DNA from: a phage
Reading direction: 5' to 3' (one strand)
Sequence record: PZ452582.1
Length of the DNA: 64,000 nt
Shown here piece by piece: positions 30,482 through 38,782 of the stretch (the stretch's first letter is position 1; the number at the start of each line of letters is the position of its first letter). The position numbers and the translations under genes were made by a program. The notes under the pieces were generated by a model. That model was given only the letters and a program-made list of their open reading frames with translations. It was not told the origin of the DNA and made no database searches.

Positions 30482-31797
30482 CATTTGATGATTTGACCGA
30501 AGGCCAGAAAAATGCCTTTAACATTGTTATGAAGGCTATTAAAGAAAAGAAACATCATGTAACTATTAATGGACCTGCTGGTACTGGTAAGACTACTCTT
30601 ACTAAGTTCATCATTGAAGCTTTAATATCTACGGGTGAAACTGGTATTATTTTAGCAGCTCCTACTCATGCAGCTAAAAAGATTCTTTCAAAACTATCAG
30701 GGAAAGAAGCGAGTACTATTCATAGTATTCTTAAAATTAACCCAGTAACATATGAAGAAAACGTTCTTTTTGAACAGAAGGAAGTACCAGATTTAGCTAA
30801 ATGCAGGGTATTAATCTGCGACGAAGTGTCAATGTATGATAGAAAGCTATTTAAAATTCTGCTTTCAACTATCCCGCCATGGTGTACTATAATTGGAATA
30901 GGTGATAATAAGCAAATTAGACCTGTTGACCCAGGAGAAAATACTGCTTATATCAGTCCATTCTTTACACACAAAGATTTTTATCAGTGTGAACTTACTG
31001 AAGTTAAACGCAGTAATGCTCCTATTATTGATGTAGCTACTGATGTTCGTAATGGTAAGTGGATTTATGATAAAGTTGTTGACGGGCATGGAGTACGTGG
31101 ATTTACTGGTGATACCGCTTTACGCGATTTTATGGTAAATTATTTTTCAATCGTCAAATCACTAGATGATTTGTTTGAAAATCGCGTAATGGCATTTACG
31201 AATAAATCTGTTGACAAGTTAAACAATATTATTCGTAAAAAGATTTTTGAAACTGATAAAGATTTTATTGTTGGTGAAATTATTGTAATGCAGGAACCAT
31301 TAATTAAAACATATAAAATTGATGGAAAGCCTGTATCAGAAATTATTTTTAATAATGGACAATTAGTTCGTATTATAGAAGCAGAGTATACATCAACATT
31401 TGTTAAAGCTCGTGGTGTTCCTGGAGAATACTTAATTCGTCATTGGGATTTAACAGTAGAAACTTACGGCGATGATGAATATTATCGTGAAAAGATTAAA
31501 ATAATTTCATCTGATGAAGAGCTGTATAAGTTTAACTTATTTTTAGGTAAAACGGCAGAAACATATAAAAATTGGAATAAAGGCGGAAAAGCTCCATGGA
31601 GTGATTTTTGGGATGCTAAATCACAGTTCAGTAAAGTGAAAGCACTTCCTGCATCAACATTCCATAAAGCTCAGGGTATGTCTGTAGACCGTGCTTTCAT
31701 TTATACGCCTTGTATTCATTATGCAGATGCTGAATTGGCCCAACAACTTCTTTATGTTGGTGTAACACGTGGTCGTTATGATGTGTTTTATGTGTGA
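30478..31797 (+). CDS. dda: Dda DNA helicase (SF1B)
   Basis: 439 aa; Walker A GPAGTGKTT, DEVSM Walker B; T4 Dda length. Confidence 0.93.
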   Translation: MTFDDLTEGQKNAFNIVMKAIKEKKHHVTINGPAGTGKTTLTKFIIEALISTGETGIILAAPTHAAKKILSKLSGKEASTIHSILKINPVTYEENVLFEQKEVPDLAKCRVLICDEVSMYDRKLFKILLSTIPPWCTIIGIGDNKQIRPVDPGENTAYISPFFTHKDFYQCELTEVKRSNAPIIDVATDVRNGKWIYDKVVDGHGVRGFTGDTALRDFMVNYFSIVKSLDDLFENRVMAFTNKSVDKLNNIIRKKIFETDKDFIVGEIIVMQEPLIKTYKIDGKPVSEIIFNNGQLVRIIEAEYTSTFVKARGVPGEYLIRHWDLTVETYGDDEYYREKIKIISSDEELYKFNLFLGKTAETYKNWNKGGKAPWSDFWDAKSQFSKVKALPASTFHKAQGMSVDRAFIYTPCIHYADAELAQQLLYVGVTRGRYDVFYV

Positions 31798-31803
31798 GGC
31801 TAT

Positions 31804-32064
31804 ATGATTAACATCAATTCAAAATATTTAAATCGTCTAATAGATGGTATAAGGAAGCATACTAATAAGCAAGATAATCTCGATGTTATGGTAACAGGAG
31901 CTGAGCTCCTTCATAAGCTTTATCTTATAAGTGATACTATATTAGCAATTAAACGAATTGAAAAACAATCATATCACAGTAATACAGATACGGTAATTAC
32001 ACTAGATGAAAGTGTCTGTAAATTACTAATTAAATTTGAGGAAGCTATTCGTGGAAATAACTAA
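31804..32064 (+). CDS. hypothetical protein, paralog 1 of 3
   Basis: 86-aa ORF; similar size and composition to the next two ORFs. Confidence 0.45.
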   Translation: MININSKYLNRLIDGIRKHTNKQDNLDVMVTGAELLHKLYLISDTILAIKRIEKQSYHSNTDTVITLDESVCKLLIKFEEAIRGNN

Positions 32065-32296
32065 AGACCAGTTTTATCTGCTTCAAGATAAAGTGAGCGA
32101 AATTTATGAAATAGCTTATAGTAAAAATCGTAGAAATGTAAAAATTGAATCTGGCAAGTTAATGCTTCAATTAGAAGAAATTGAACGAGATTTAATTGCG
32201 TTAGAATTCTTTTGTGGTGAAGTGAAAACTGTCACAATCAGTGATTATGTTTTAGGTGAAATTAGCCATCTTTATAAGGCGGTTATTAATGATTGA
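32036..32296 (+). CDS. hypothetical protein, paralog 2 of 3
   Basis: 86-aa ORF with non-ATG start (TTG 32036 or GTG 32051). Confidence 0.4.
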   Translation: MRKLFVEITKDQFYLLQDKVSEIYEIAYSKNRRNVKIESGKLMLQLEEIERDLIALEFFCGEVKTVTISDYVLGEISHLYKAVIND

Positions 32297-32531
32297 ATTA
32301 AGTTTGCATCAGTTTAAATCTCTTATGACAAATGTTAAAGCTGTCATTGAGGAAAATTCTAGTCCTGAAAATATTACTATTCGCGAAAAAGCTTTAAAGA
32401 TAGTATACAGTCTTGAAGAGATGCAAAAAGATATTGAATCTATGGCAAAATTTATGGATGAGCCTATTAATAAAGTTTATATTCAAGATTATACTGTAGG
32501 TCAAATTCGTGATTTAGCGAGGAAAATTTAA
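32289..32531 (+). CDS. hypothetical protein, paralog 3 of 3
   Basis: 80 aa from ATG 32289 (MIELSLHQFKSLMTNVKAV...). Confidence 0.45.
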   Translation: MIELSLHQFKSLMTNVKAVIEENSSPENITIREKALKIVYSLEEMQKDIESMAKFMDEPINKVYIQDYTVGQIRDLARKI

Positions 32532-33214
32532 TGTTTGATTTTATTATAGATTTTGAAACAATGGGAAGCGGTGAAAAAGCAGCTGTTATTGATTTGGCTG
32601 CAATTGCTTTTGACCCTAACCCAGAAGTAGTTGAAACGTTTGATGAATTAGTTTCACGTGGCATTAAAATCAAATTTGATTTAAAAAGCCAAAAAGGACA
32701 TCGTCTTTTTACTAAAAGCACTATCGAATGGTGGAAGAATCAATCTCCTGAAGCTCGAAAAAATATTGCACCATCCGATGAAGATGTAAGCACTATCGAT
32801 GGTATTGCAAAATTTAATGATTACATCAATGCACATAATATCGATCCTTGGAAATCTCAAGGCTGGTGCCGTGGAATGTCGTTTGATTTTCCAATTTTAG
32901 TCGATCTCATTCGTGATATTCAACGTCTTAATGGTGTTTCTGAGAATGAACTTGACACATTTAAGTTAGAACCATGTAAATTCTGGAATCAGCGTGATAT
33001 TCGTACCAGAATTGAAGCACTTCTCCTTGTTCGTGATATGACCACGTGTCCTCTTCCAAAAGGAACTTTAGATGGATTCGTTGCGCATGATTCTATTCAT
33101 GACTGTGCGAAAGACATCCTGATGATGAAGTATGCTTTGCGCTATGCTATGGGTCTTGAAGATGCTCCGTCAGAGGAAGAGTGCGATCCTCTATCTCTTC
33201 CAACAAAACGATAA
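32531..33214 (+). CDS. dexA: DexA 3-prime to 5-prime exonuclease (DEDD family)
   Basis: 227 aa; MFDFIIDFETMG exo I motif and HD motif; T4 DexA length. Confidence 0.9.
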   Translation: MFDFIIDFETMGSGEKAAVIDLAAIAFDPNPEVVETFDELVSRGIKIKFDLKSQKGHRLFTKSTIEWWKNQSPEARKNIAPSDEDVSTIDGIAKFNDYINAHNIDPWKSQGWCRGMSFDFPILVDLIRDIQRLNGVSENELDTFKLEPCKFWNQRDIRTRIEALLLVRDMTTCPLPKGTLDGFVAHDSIHDCAKDILMMKYALRYAMGLEDAPSEEECDPLSLPTKR

Positions 33215-33220
33215 AAAGTT

Positions 33221-33250
33221 GTTTACTTCCTCGGTTAGTTGTGGTATTAT
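33221..33250 (+). promoter_or_regulatory. early promoter
   Basis: GTTTAC 33221-33226, 17-nt spacer, TATTAT 33245-33250. Confidence 0.5.
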
Positions 33251-33277
33251 AACACCATAGCTACTGAGGATAATAAA

Positions 33278-33781
33278 ATGAAAATTTATCGTGTTGAATC
33301 ATCATTTAGTATTCTTAATTATGAAGATGCTATAACAATACGTCGAGATCTTTGTGTTCAAATAACGCCATACAGGAGTATAATGGATTCATGGAGCGAA
33401 GAGTGGTTATTACACGTAGGTTATGACAGACCTAATTTTATGCATCATAGTAATGATAATAAAAGAATTCCTCTTCCGCACGAAGACAAACTATTAGTTA
33501 AAAATGCTAATATAGCAATTAATACTAATTTTGAGAAAGAAGAATATGTAGGCGTAGATCACTATATTCCAGGATGGTTTATAGCTCTTTATCATTTTGC
33601 TTTTGCTAGTGAATATGATATGATGAGATGGTTCACACGAGAAGAGCGTGAAGAATTAGCTTCTAAAGGATTTTATCTCGCTGTATACGAAGTACCTGAA
33701 GATAAAGTTATCATTGGTGGGCATCAAGTAATGTTCCGCAAGTCACATGCCGAATTAAAAGGCTTTATTACCTTAGATTAA
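33278..33781 (+). CDS. hypothetical protein (MotB position)
   Basis: 167 aa from ATG 33278; follows dexA as motB does in T4; identity not confirmed. Confidence 0.5.
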   Translation: MKIYRVESSFSILNYEDAITIRRDLCVQITPYRSIMDSWSEEWLLHVGYDRPNFMHHSNDNKRIPLPHEDKLLVKNANIAINTNFEKEEYVGVDHYIPGWFIALYHFAFASEYDMMRWFTREEREELASKGFYLAVYEVPEDKVIIGGHQVMFRKSHAELKGFITLD

Positions 33782-33791
33782 AGAGAAAATT

Positions 33792-34229
33792 ATGATTAAA
33801 AATAATGCTGTTTATCAATTGAAAAAATTTGATGAAATTAAGAATTTTTCGGTACTGTCTAATACAGCTCATAATAAGTTTTGTGAACTTCTTGGTTTAA
33901 CTGGCGGATATCCTTTTACTGTTATTAGTGTTAATAGCGGAATTCTTATCGGTATGATGTATATTGAAATTAGAAACTATTATGGAATGGTATCACCGCT
34001 TATTATTTATGAAAAAGATTTTAGTCTATTGATAGAAATTGAAAAACCTGAAGATCCAACTGATCTACTGTGTAAGGCAGTTTATATTCGTCGTCCATTC
34101 GCGAATCCTGTGGGTGGATGGGTGACTGATCAGTGGATTGAAGATGGTGTTGAACTTCTGAACGTAGTTCATGCTGGAGAGTACTCTGTAGTTCCTCGCA
34201 GCGCAGTGATTAATGTTCGTGTAAGCTAG
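33792..34229 (+). CDS. hypothetical protein with shared C-terminal domain
   Basis: 145 aa; C-terminal TDQWIEDGVELLNVV...Y.VVP shared with 34303-34794. Confidence 0.5.
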   Translation: MIKNNAVYQLKKFDEIKNFSVLSNTAHNKFCELLGLTGGYPFTVISVNSGILIGMMYIEIRNYYGMVSPLIIYEKDFSLLIEIEKPEDPTDLLCKAVYIRRPFANPVGGWVTDQWIEDGVELLNVVHAGEYSVVPRSAVINVRVS

Positions 34230-34264
34230 TTTACAAACTCTTGGGACCAGAGTATAATGGTCCC
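34229..34264 (+). promoter_or_regulatory. early promoter with overlapping hairpin
   Basis: GTTTAC 34229-34234, TATAAT 34254-34259; inverted repeat GGGACCA/TGGTCCC (34243-34264) encloses the -10. Confidence 0.5.
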
Positions 34265-34302
34265 GTGGAGTATAAAATCTTTTTAACAAGTGAGAGATAA
34301 CT

Positions 34303-34794
34303 ATGATTATTAATATTGGTGAATTAGCTCGTGTATCTGATAAATCCCGCTCTAAAGCAGCAGGAAAATTGGTCGAAGTTGTAAGCATTCAGCTTAAACA
34401 CGGTGTTAAAGATGAAGATTCTGAAGTAAAAGTGCGTATCATTCCTAAAGATGGAAAGTCTAAACCTCAGTTTGGCTATGTTCGTGCGAAATTTCTTGAA
34501 TCTGCGTTTTTGAAAGCTGTTCCTGCTAAAGGAATTGAAACGATTGATACTTCGCATGTAGGTGTAGACTTTAAGTGGAAACTCGGTCAGGCTATTAAGT
34601 TCGTTGCTCCTTATGAGTTTGAATTTACTGAAGGTGAGGAAGGTGTTGTTAACCGTACTCGCGCTATGTGTGCATACATTACTGATCAATGGGTAGAAGA
34701 TGGCGTTAAGTTATACAACGCGGTATTTTTAGGAACATACAAAGTCATTCCTGAAAGTTGGATTAAACACTATAGCAAAGCTCGCTATGCATAA
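34303..34794 (+). CDS. hypothetical protein, paralog of 33792-34229 in C-terminal domain
   Basis: 163 aa; ...ITDQWVEDGVKLYNAVFLGTYKVIPES... Confidence 0.5.
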   Translation: MIINIGELARVSDKSRSKAAGKLVEVVSIQLKHGVKDEDSEVKVRIIPKDGKSKPQFGYVRAKFLESAFLKAVPAKGIETIDTSHVGVDFKWKLGQAIKFVAPYEFEFTEGEEGVVNRTRAMCAYITDQWVEDGVKLYNAVFLGTYKVIPESWIKHYSKARYA

Positions 34795-34891
34795 AGTTTA
34801 AAATTTTTTCATAAAACTATATACATCAGTAGTTGATTATGGTACTATATCAATATCAACTACTGATACAGAAAATAACTTGGAGAATAAA

Positions 34892-35161
34892 ATGGAAAAT
34901 TTAATTATCATCGAGCAATCTTTCAATGATTATGGTATGGCTTACGGTTATCGTGTGATAATGGAAGATTCTCGTGGATGTGTTATCGATATTGCTGAAT
35001 GTAAAGATTTACTGCAGCTTTTGAAGATTGTTCGCAAAAATTGGGATTGCGAAAATATTAAAGTTCGAGTTGTTACAGAAGAAGAAACTGTTTTTCATGA
35101 TGTAAAATTCGCTAAAGGTGCTGCTACTCTTCTGAAACGTATCGCTCCAATGTTTAATTAA
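34892..35161 (+). CDS. hypothetical protein
   Basis: 89 aa from ATG 34892; shares the leader and GGAGAATAAAATG start context with the ORF at 14314. Confidence 0.45.
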   Translation: MENLIIIEQSFNDYGMAYGYRVIMEDSRGCVIDIAECKDLLQLLKIVRKNWDCENIKVRVVTEEETVFHDVKFAKGAATLLKRIAPMFN

Positions 35162-35174
35162 TGAGGAAATTGTA

Positions 35175-35390
35175 ATGAAACGTAAAATTGTTCAGAACTG
35201 CACTAATGACGAATTTGAAGATGTATTATTCGATCCAGATTTGGTAGTAGTTCAAAAGGAACACACCATCAAGTTTACTCACTTGACTTCGGTTTATGTG
35301 TATGAAAAGGTTGGTGATAAACAACCAATTTACGGTGTATTTCGTGAAATTACTGAAGATGGCACAACTTACTGGAAGGAAATTTATTAA
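35175..35390 (+). CDS. hypothetical protein
   Basis: 71-aa ORF. Confidence 0.4.
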   Translation: MKRKIVQNCTNDEFEDVLFDPDLVVVQKEHTIKFTHLTSVYVYEKVGDKQPIYGVFREITEDGTTYWKEIY

Positions 35391-35809
35391 TGGCTATTAA
35401 ATTTGAAGTTAATAAATGGTATCAATTTAAAAATAAACAAGCTCAAGAAAAATTTATTAAATATCATACTGAAAACGGAATTTATGCACGACGTTTAGGT
35501 ATGGAACCTTTTAGAGTTACAGATATTGACTATCTTGGTCGTCCTACTAAACTTGTGACATCTAGTGGAAAATTGGCGTTATCTTCTGGTAAAGATATTT
35601 TGGATGAAGATTTTATCTGGCTTTCAGCGAGCGAAGCTGAGTTCTTTAATGAAGTGGAAAATCCATACCAGGCAGCCGAAGAGCAAGAGCAGGAAGAGCA
35701 AGAACAAATAGAAGATTTCACAGAATTTCCTGTCATGAAAGTTACTATTGAAAATAATGAACAGGCATGGTCCTTGTATCAGATGCTGAAAGCTCATTTT
35801 AAGGAATAA
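35390..35809 (+). CDS. hypothetical protein with acidic EQ-rich segment
   Basis: 139 aa; [14 protein letters not shown] low-complexity tract. Confidence 0.45.
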   Translation: MAIKFEVNKWYQFKNKQAQEKFIKYHTENGIYARRLGMEPFRVTDIDYLGRPTKLVTSSGKLALSSGKDILDEDFIWLSASEAEFFNEVENPYQAAEEQEQEEQEQIEDFTEFPVMKVTIENNEQAWSLYQMLKAHFKE

Positions 35810-35811
35810 TT

Positions 35812-35988
35812 ATGCCAATGTATGATTATAAATGCCAATCCGAAGATTGCGGGCATGAATATGAAAAAATTAAAAAGATTTCTGAACGAGAAAATGATGT
35901 TTGCCCTAAATGTCATCGTTTGTCTACTCGTCGGCCTTCTGCTCCTAAGCATGTGAATGGTGGTTTTTACGATTTACTTAAAGGGTGA
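35812..35988 (+). CDS. FmdB-type zinc-ribbon protein (not in ORF track)
   Basis: 58 aa MPMYDYKCQSEDCGHEYEK...CPKCH; CxxC-(17)-CxxC. Confidence 0.4.
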   Translation: MPMYDYKCQSEDCGHEYEKIKKISERENDVCPKCHRLSTRRPSAPKHVNGGFYDLLKG

Positions 35989-35990
35989 TT

Positions 35991-36362
35991 ATGTTTAAAA
36001 TCGGTAAGAAATATCGTATTCGCGAAGGCGAAGAAAAGAAATATCTAATGTCTGCTATTTATAGGAATGGTTCTATTAATGCTGTAATATCTACAAGCGA
36101 ATTTATCGTTGAAGATATGAAAGGTCATAATGTTACGATGATTAGTACAGCGTCTGGAAATAACGGAAAAATTCTTCACAGTATGCAGAGTAATGTTCTA
36201 ATTTATGCTGAAGAATTTGACTTCTTCGAAGAAGTCACAGAAGATTTTGATTTTGAATGCACCATCACTATGAAATCTGGTGACCCTCTTTCTTTTACAG
36301 TTAAAGATGAAAGAAGTCGCTTGAGAATTATTAGTCTTCTTCAAGCCATTAAATTTGAGTGA
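35991..36362 (+). CDS. hypothetical protein
   Basis: 123 aa from ATG 35991. Confidence 0.45.
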   Translation: MFKIGKKYRIREGEEKKYLMSAIYRNGSINAVISTSEFIVEDMKGHNVTMISTASGNNGKILHSMQSNVLIYAEEFDFFEEVTEDFDFECTITMKSGDPLSFTVKDERSRLRIISLLQAIKFE

Positions 36363-36366
36363 AATT

Positions 36367-36627
36367 ATGAAATATATTAATCGTTCTATCGCAGCATTAG
36401 TATTAGCAGTGTCTTTAGCAGGATGTACTGATGCTGATAATGCAACCAAAATTTTGTCATCAAGCGGTTTTACTAATATTGAAATCACTGGATACAATTG
36501 GTTCGGTTGCTCTGAAAATGATTTCCAACATACTGGATTTCGCGCTATTGGACCTACCGGGCAGAAAGTAGAAGGAACCGTATGTTCTGGTCTATTCTTC
36601 AAGGATTCGACTATCCGTTTTAAATAA
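36367..36627 (+). CDS. putative lipoprotein
   Basis: 86 aa; signal peptide with lipobox LAGC (MKYINRSIAALVLAVSLAGCTD). Confidence 0.5.
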   Translation: MKYINRSIAALVLAVSLAGCTDADNATKILSSSGFTNIEITGYNWFGCSENDFQHTGFRAIGPTGQKVEGTVCSGLFFKDSTIRFK

Positions 36628-36644
36628 AAGGCCTTCGGGCCTTT
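36628..36644 (+). terminator. terminator hairpin AAGGCC-TTCG-GGCCTT
   Basis: GC stem with UUCG loop; followed by the AGCTTTA ... TATAAT cassette also seen at 2801-2826. Confidence 0.6.
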
Positions 36645-36696
36645 AGCTTTATGATTACCGGAGTATAATATTCCCGAAACCAAACGAGGATAAGTG

Positions 36697-38514
36697 ATGA
36701 TTAAGAATGAAATTAAAATTCTGAGCGATATTGAACATATCAAAAAGCGTAGCGGCATGTACATTGGCTCTTCTGCTAATGAAATGCATGAGCGCTTTCT
36801 GTTTGGTAAATGGGAAAGTGTTCAGTATGTACCTGGTCTTGTTAAGCTTATTGATGAAATTATCGATAACTCAGTAGATGAAGGTATTCGTACTAAGTTT
36901 AAATTCGCAAATAAAATTAATGTTACTATCAAAAACAATCAAGTAACAGTTGAAGATAACGGTCGTGGTATTCCACAAGCGATGGTTAAAACACCTACTG
37001 GTGAAGAAATTCCTGGTCCTGTTGCTGCCTGGACTATTCCAAAAGCAGGTGGTAATTTCGGTGATGATAAAGAACGTGTCACTGGCGGTATGAACGGTGT
37101 TGGTTCTAGTTTAACTAACATTTTTTCTGTGATGTTTGTCGGTGAAACTGGCGACGGTCAAAATAATATTGTAGTTCGTTGTTCAAATGGCATGGAAAAT
37201 AAATCATGGGAAACTATTCCTGGAAAATGGAAAGGAACTCGTGTTACTTTCATTCCTGATTTTATGTCATTTGAAACTAATGAGCTATCTCAAGTTTATC
37301 TTGACATTACGCTAGATCGTCTCCAGACACTTGCAGTAGTTTATCCTGATATTCAATTTACCTTTAATGGTAAAAAGGTTCAGGGCAATTTTAAGAAATA
37401 TGCACGCCAATATGATGAGCATGCTATTGTTCAAGAACAAGAAAATTGTTCTATTGCGGTTGGTCGTTCACCGGATGGTTTTCGTCAATTAACTTATGTG
37501 AATAACATTCACACTAAGAATGGTGGCCATCACATTGACTGTGTTATGGATGATATTTGTGAAGACCTTATTCCACAAATCAAACGTAAGTTCAAAATTG
37601 ATGTAACTAAAGCACGTGTTAAAGAATGTTTGACTATCGTTATGTTTGTTCGTGATATGAAAAACATGCGATTTGATTCTCAAACTAAAGAGCGTTTGAC
37701 TTCTCCATTTGGCGAAATTCGTAGTCATATTCAACTTGACGCTAAAAAGATTTCACGCGCTATTCTAAATAATGAAGCAATTCTGATGCCGATTATTGAA
37801 GCTGCTTTGGCTCGTAAATTGGCGGCAGAAAAAGCAGCAGAAACTAAAGCAGCTAAAAAGGCTTCTAAAGCTAAGGTTCATAAACATATTAAAGCGAATC
37901 TTTGCGGTAAAGATGCTGACACTACATTGTTTTTGACTGAGGGTGATTCTGCTATCGGATATCTTATTGATGTTCGTGATAAAGAACTTCATGGTGGTTA
38001 TCCATTGCGTGGTAAAGTTCTCAACAGTTGGGGTATGTCATATGCTGATATGCTTAAAAACAAAGAACTGTTTGATATTTGCGCAATCACTGGATTAGTT
38101 CTTGGTGAAAAAGCTGAAAACTTGAATTATCATAATATTGCTATTATGACCGATGCTGACCATGATGGTCTAGGAAGCATTTATCCTTCTCTGCTCGGGT
38201 TTTTTAGTAATTGGCCAGAATTGTTTGAGCAAGGACGAATTCGCTTTGTCAAAACTCCTGTAATCATCGCTCAGGTCGGTAAAAAACAAGAATGGTTTTA
38301 TACAGTCGCTGAATATGAGAGTGCCAAAGATGCTCTACCTAAACATAGCATCCGTTATATTAAGGGACTTGGCTCTTTGGAAAAATCTGAATATCGTGAG
38401 ATGATTCAAAATCCAGTATATGATGTTGTTAAACTTCCTGAGAACTGGAAAGAGCTTTTTGAAATGCTCATGGGAGATAATGCTGACCTTCGTAAAGAAT
38501 GGATGAGCCAGTAG
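36697..38514 (+). CDS. 39: gp39 topoisomerase II large (ATPase) subunit, unsplit
   Basis: 605 aa from ATG 36697; GyrB-like GHKL and TOPRIM regions in one ORF (T4 splits this into 39 plus 60). Confidence 0.93.
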   Translation: MIKNEIKILSDIEHIKKRSGMYIGSSANEMHERFLFGKWESVQYVPGLVKLIDEIIDNSVDEGIRTKFKFANKINVTIKNNQVTVEDNGRGIPQAMVKTPTGEEIPGPVAAWTIPKAGGNFGDDKERVTGGMNGVGSSLTNIFSVMFVGETGDGQNNIVVRCSNGMENKSWETIPGKWKGTRVTFIPDFMSFETNELSQVYLDITLDRLQTLAVVYPDIQFTFNGKKVQGNFKKYARQYDEHAIVQEQENCSIAVGRSPDGFRQLTYVNNIHTKNGGHHIDCVMDDICEDLIPQIKRKFKIDVTKARVKECLTIVMFVRDMKNMRFDSQTKERLTSPFGEIRSHIQLDAKKISRAILNNEAILMPIIEAALARKLAAEKAAETKAAKKASKAKVHKHIKANLCGKDADTTLFLTEGDSAIGYLIDVRDKELHGGYPLRGKVLNSWGMSYADMLKNKELFDICAITGLVLGEKAENLNYHNIAIMTDADHDGLGSIYPSLLGFFSNWPELFEQGRIRFVKTPVIIAQVGKKQEWFYTVAEYESAKDALPKHSIRYIKGLGSLEKSEYREMIQNPVYDVVKLPENWKELFEMLMGDNADLRKEWMSQ

Positions 38515-38543
38515 TTTACTTTACCACAAGGATGTGGTATAAT
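38514..38543 (+). promoter_or_regulatory. early promoter
   Basis: GTTTAC 38514-38519, 17-nt spacer, TATAAT 38538-38543; overlaps gene 39 stop. Confidence 0.5.
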
Positions 38544-38568
38544 TAATTGGGCAAATGAGGATATTGAA

Positions 38569-38772
38569 ATGAAATCATATAGAGTAAATTTAGAACTTTT
38601 TGATAAAGCAGTTCATCGAGAATATAGAATCATTCAACGCTTTTTCGATATGGGAGAAGCCGAAGAATTTAAAAACCGCTTTAAGGATATTAGAGATAAA
38701 ATTCAATCCGACACCGCAACTAAAGATGAATTACTAGAAGTTGCTGAAGTTATTAAGCGTAATATGAATTAA
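38569..38772 (+). CDS. hypothetical protein
   Basis: 67-aa ORF between 39 and rIIA. Confidence 0.4.
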   Translation: MKSYRVNLELFDKAVHREYRIIQRFFDMGEAEEFKNRFKDIRDKIQSDTATKDELLEVAEVIKRNMN

Positions 38773-38782
38773 TGAGGAAATT

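Noticed and set aside
36198-36764. 188-aa minus-strand ORF
   Set aside because: It spans the lipoprotein gene, a terminator hairpin and the start of gene 39 on the plus strand; no start context; judged a shadow ORF
36697-38772. Gene 60 translational-bypass element
   Set aside because: gp39 is one uninterrupted 605-aa frame and the next ORF is unrelated; no take-off/landing hairpin arrangement found
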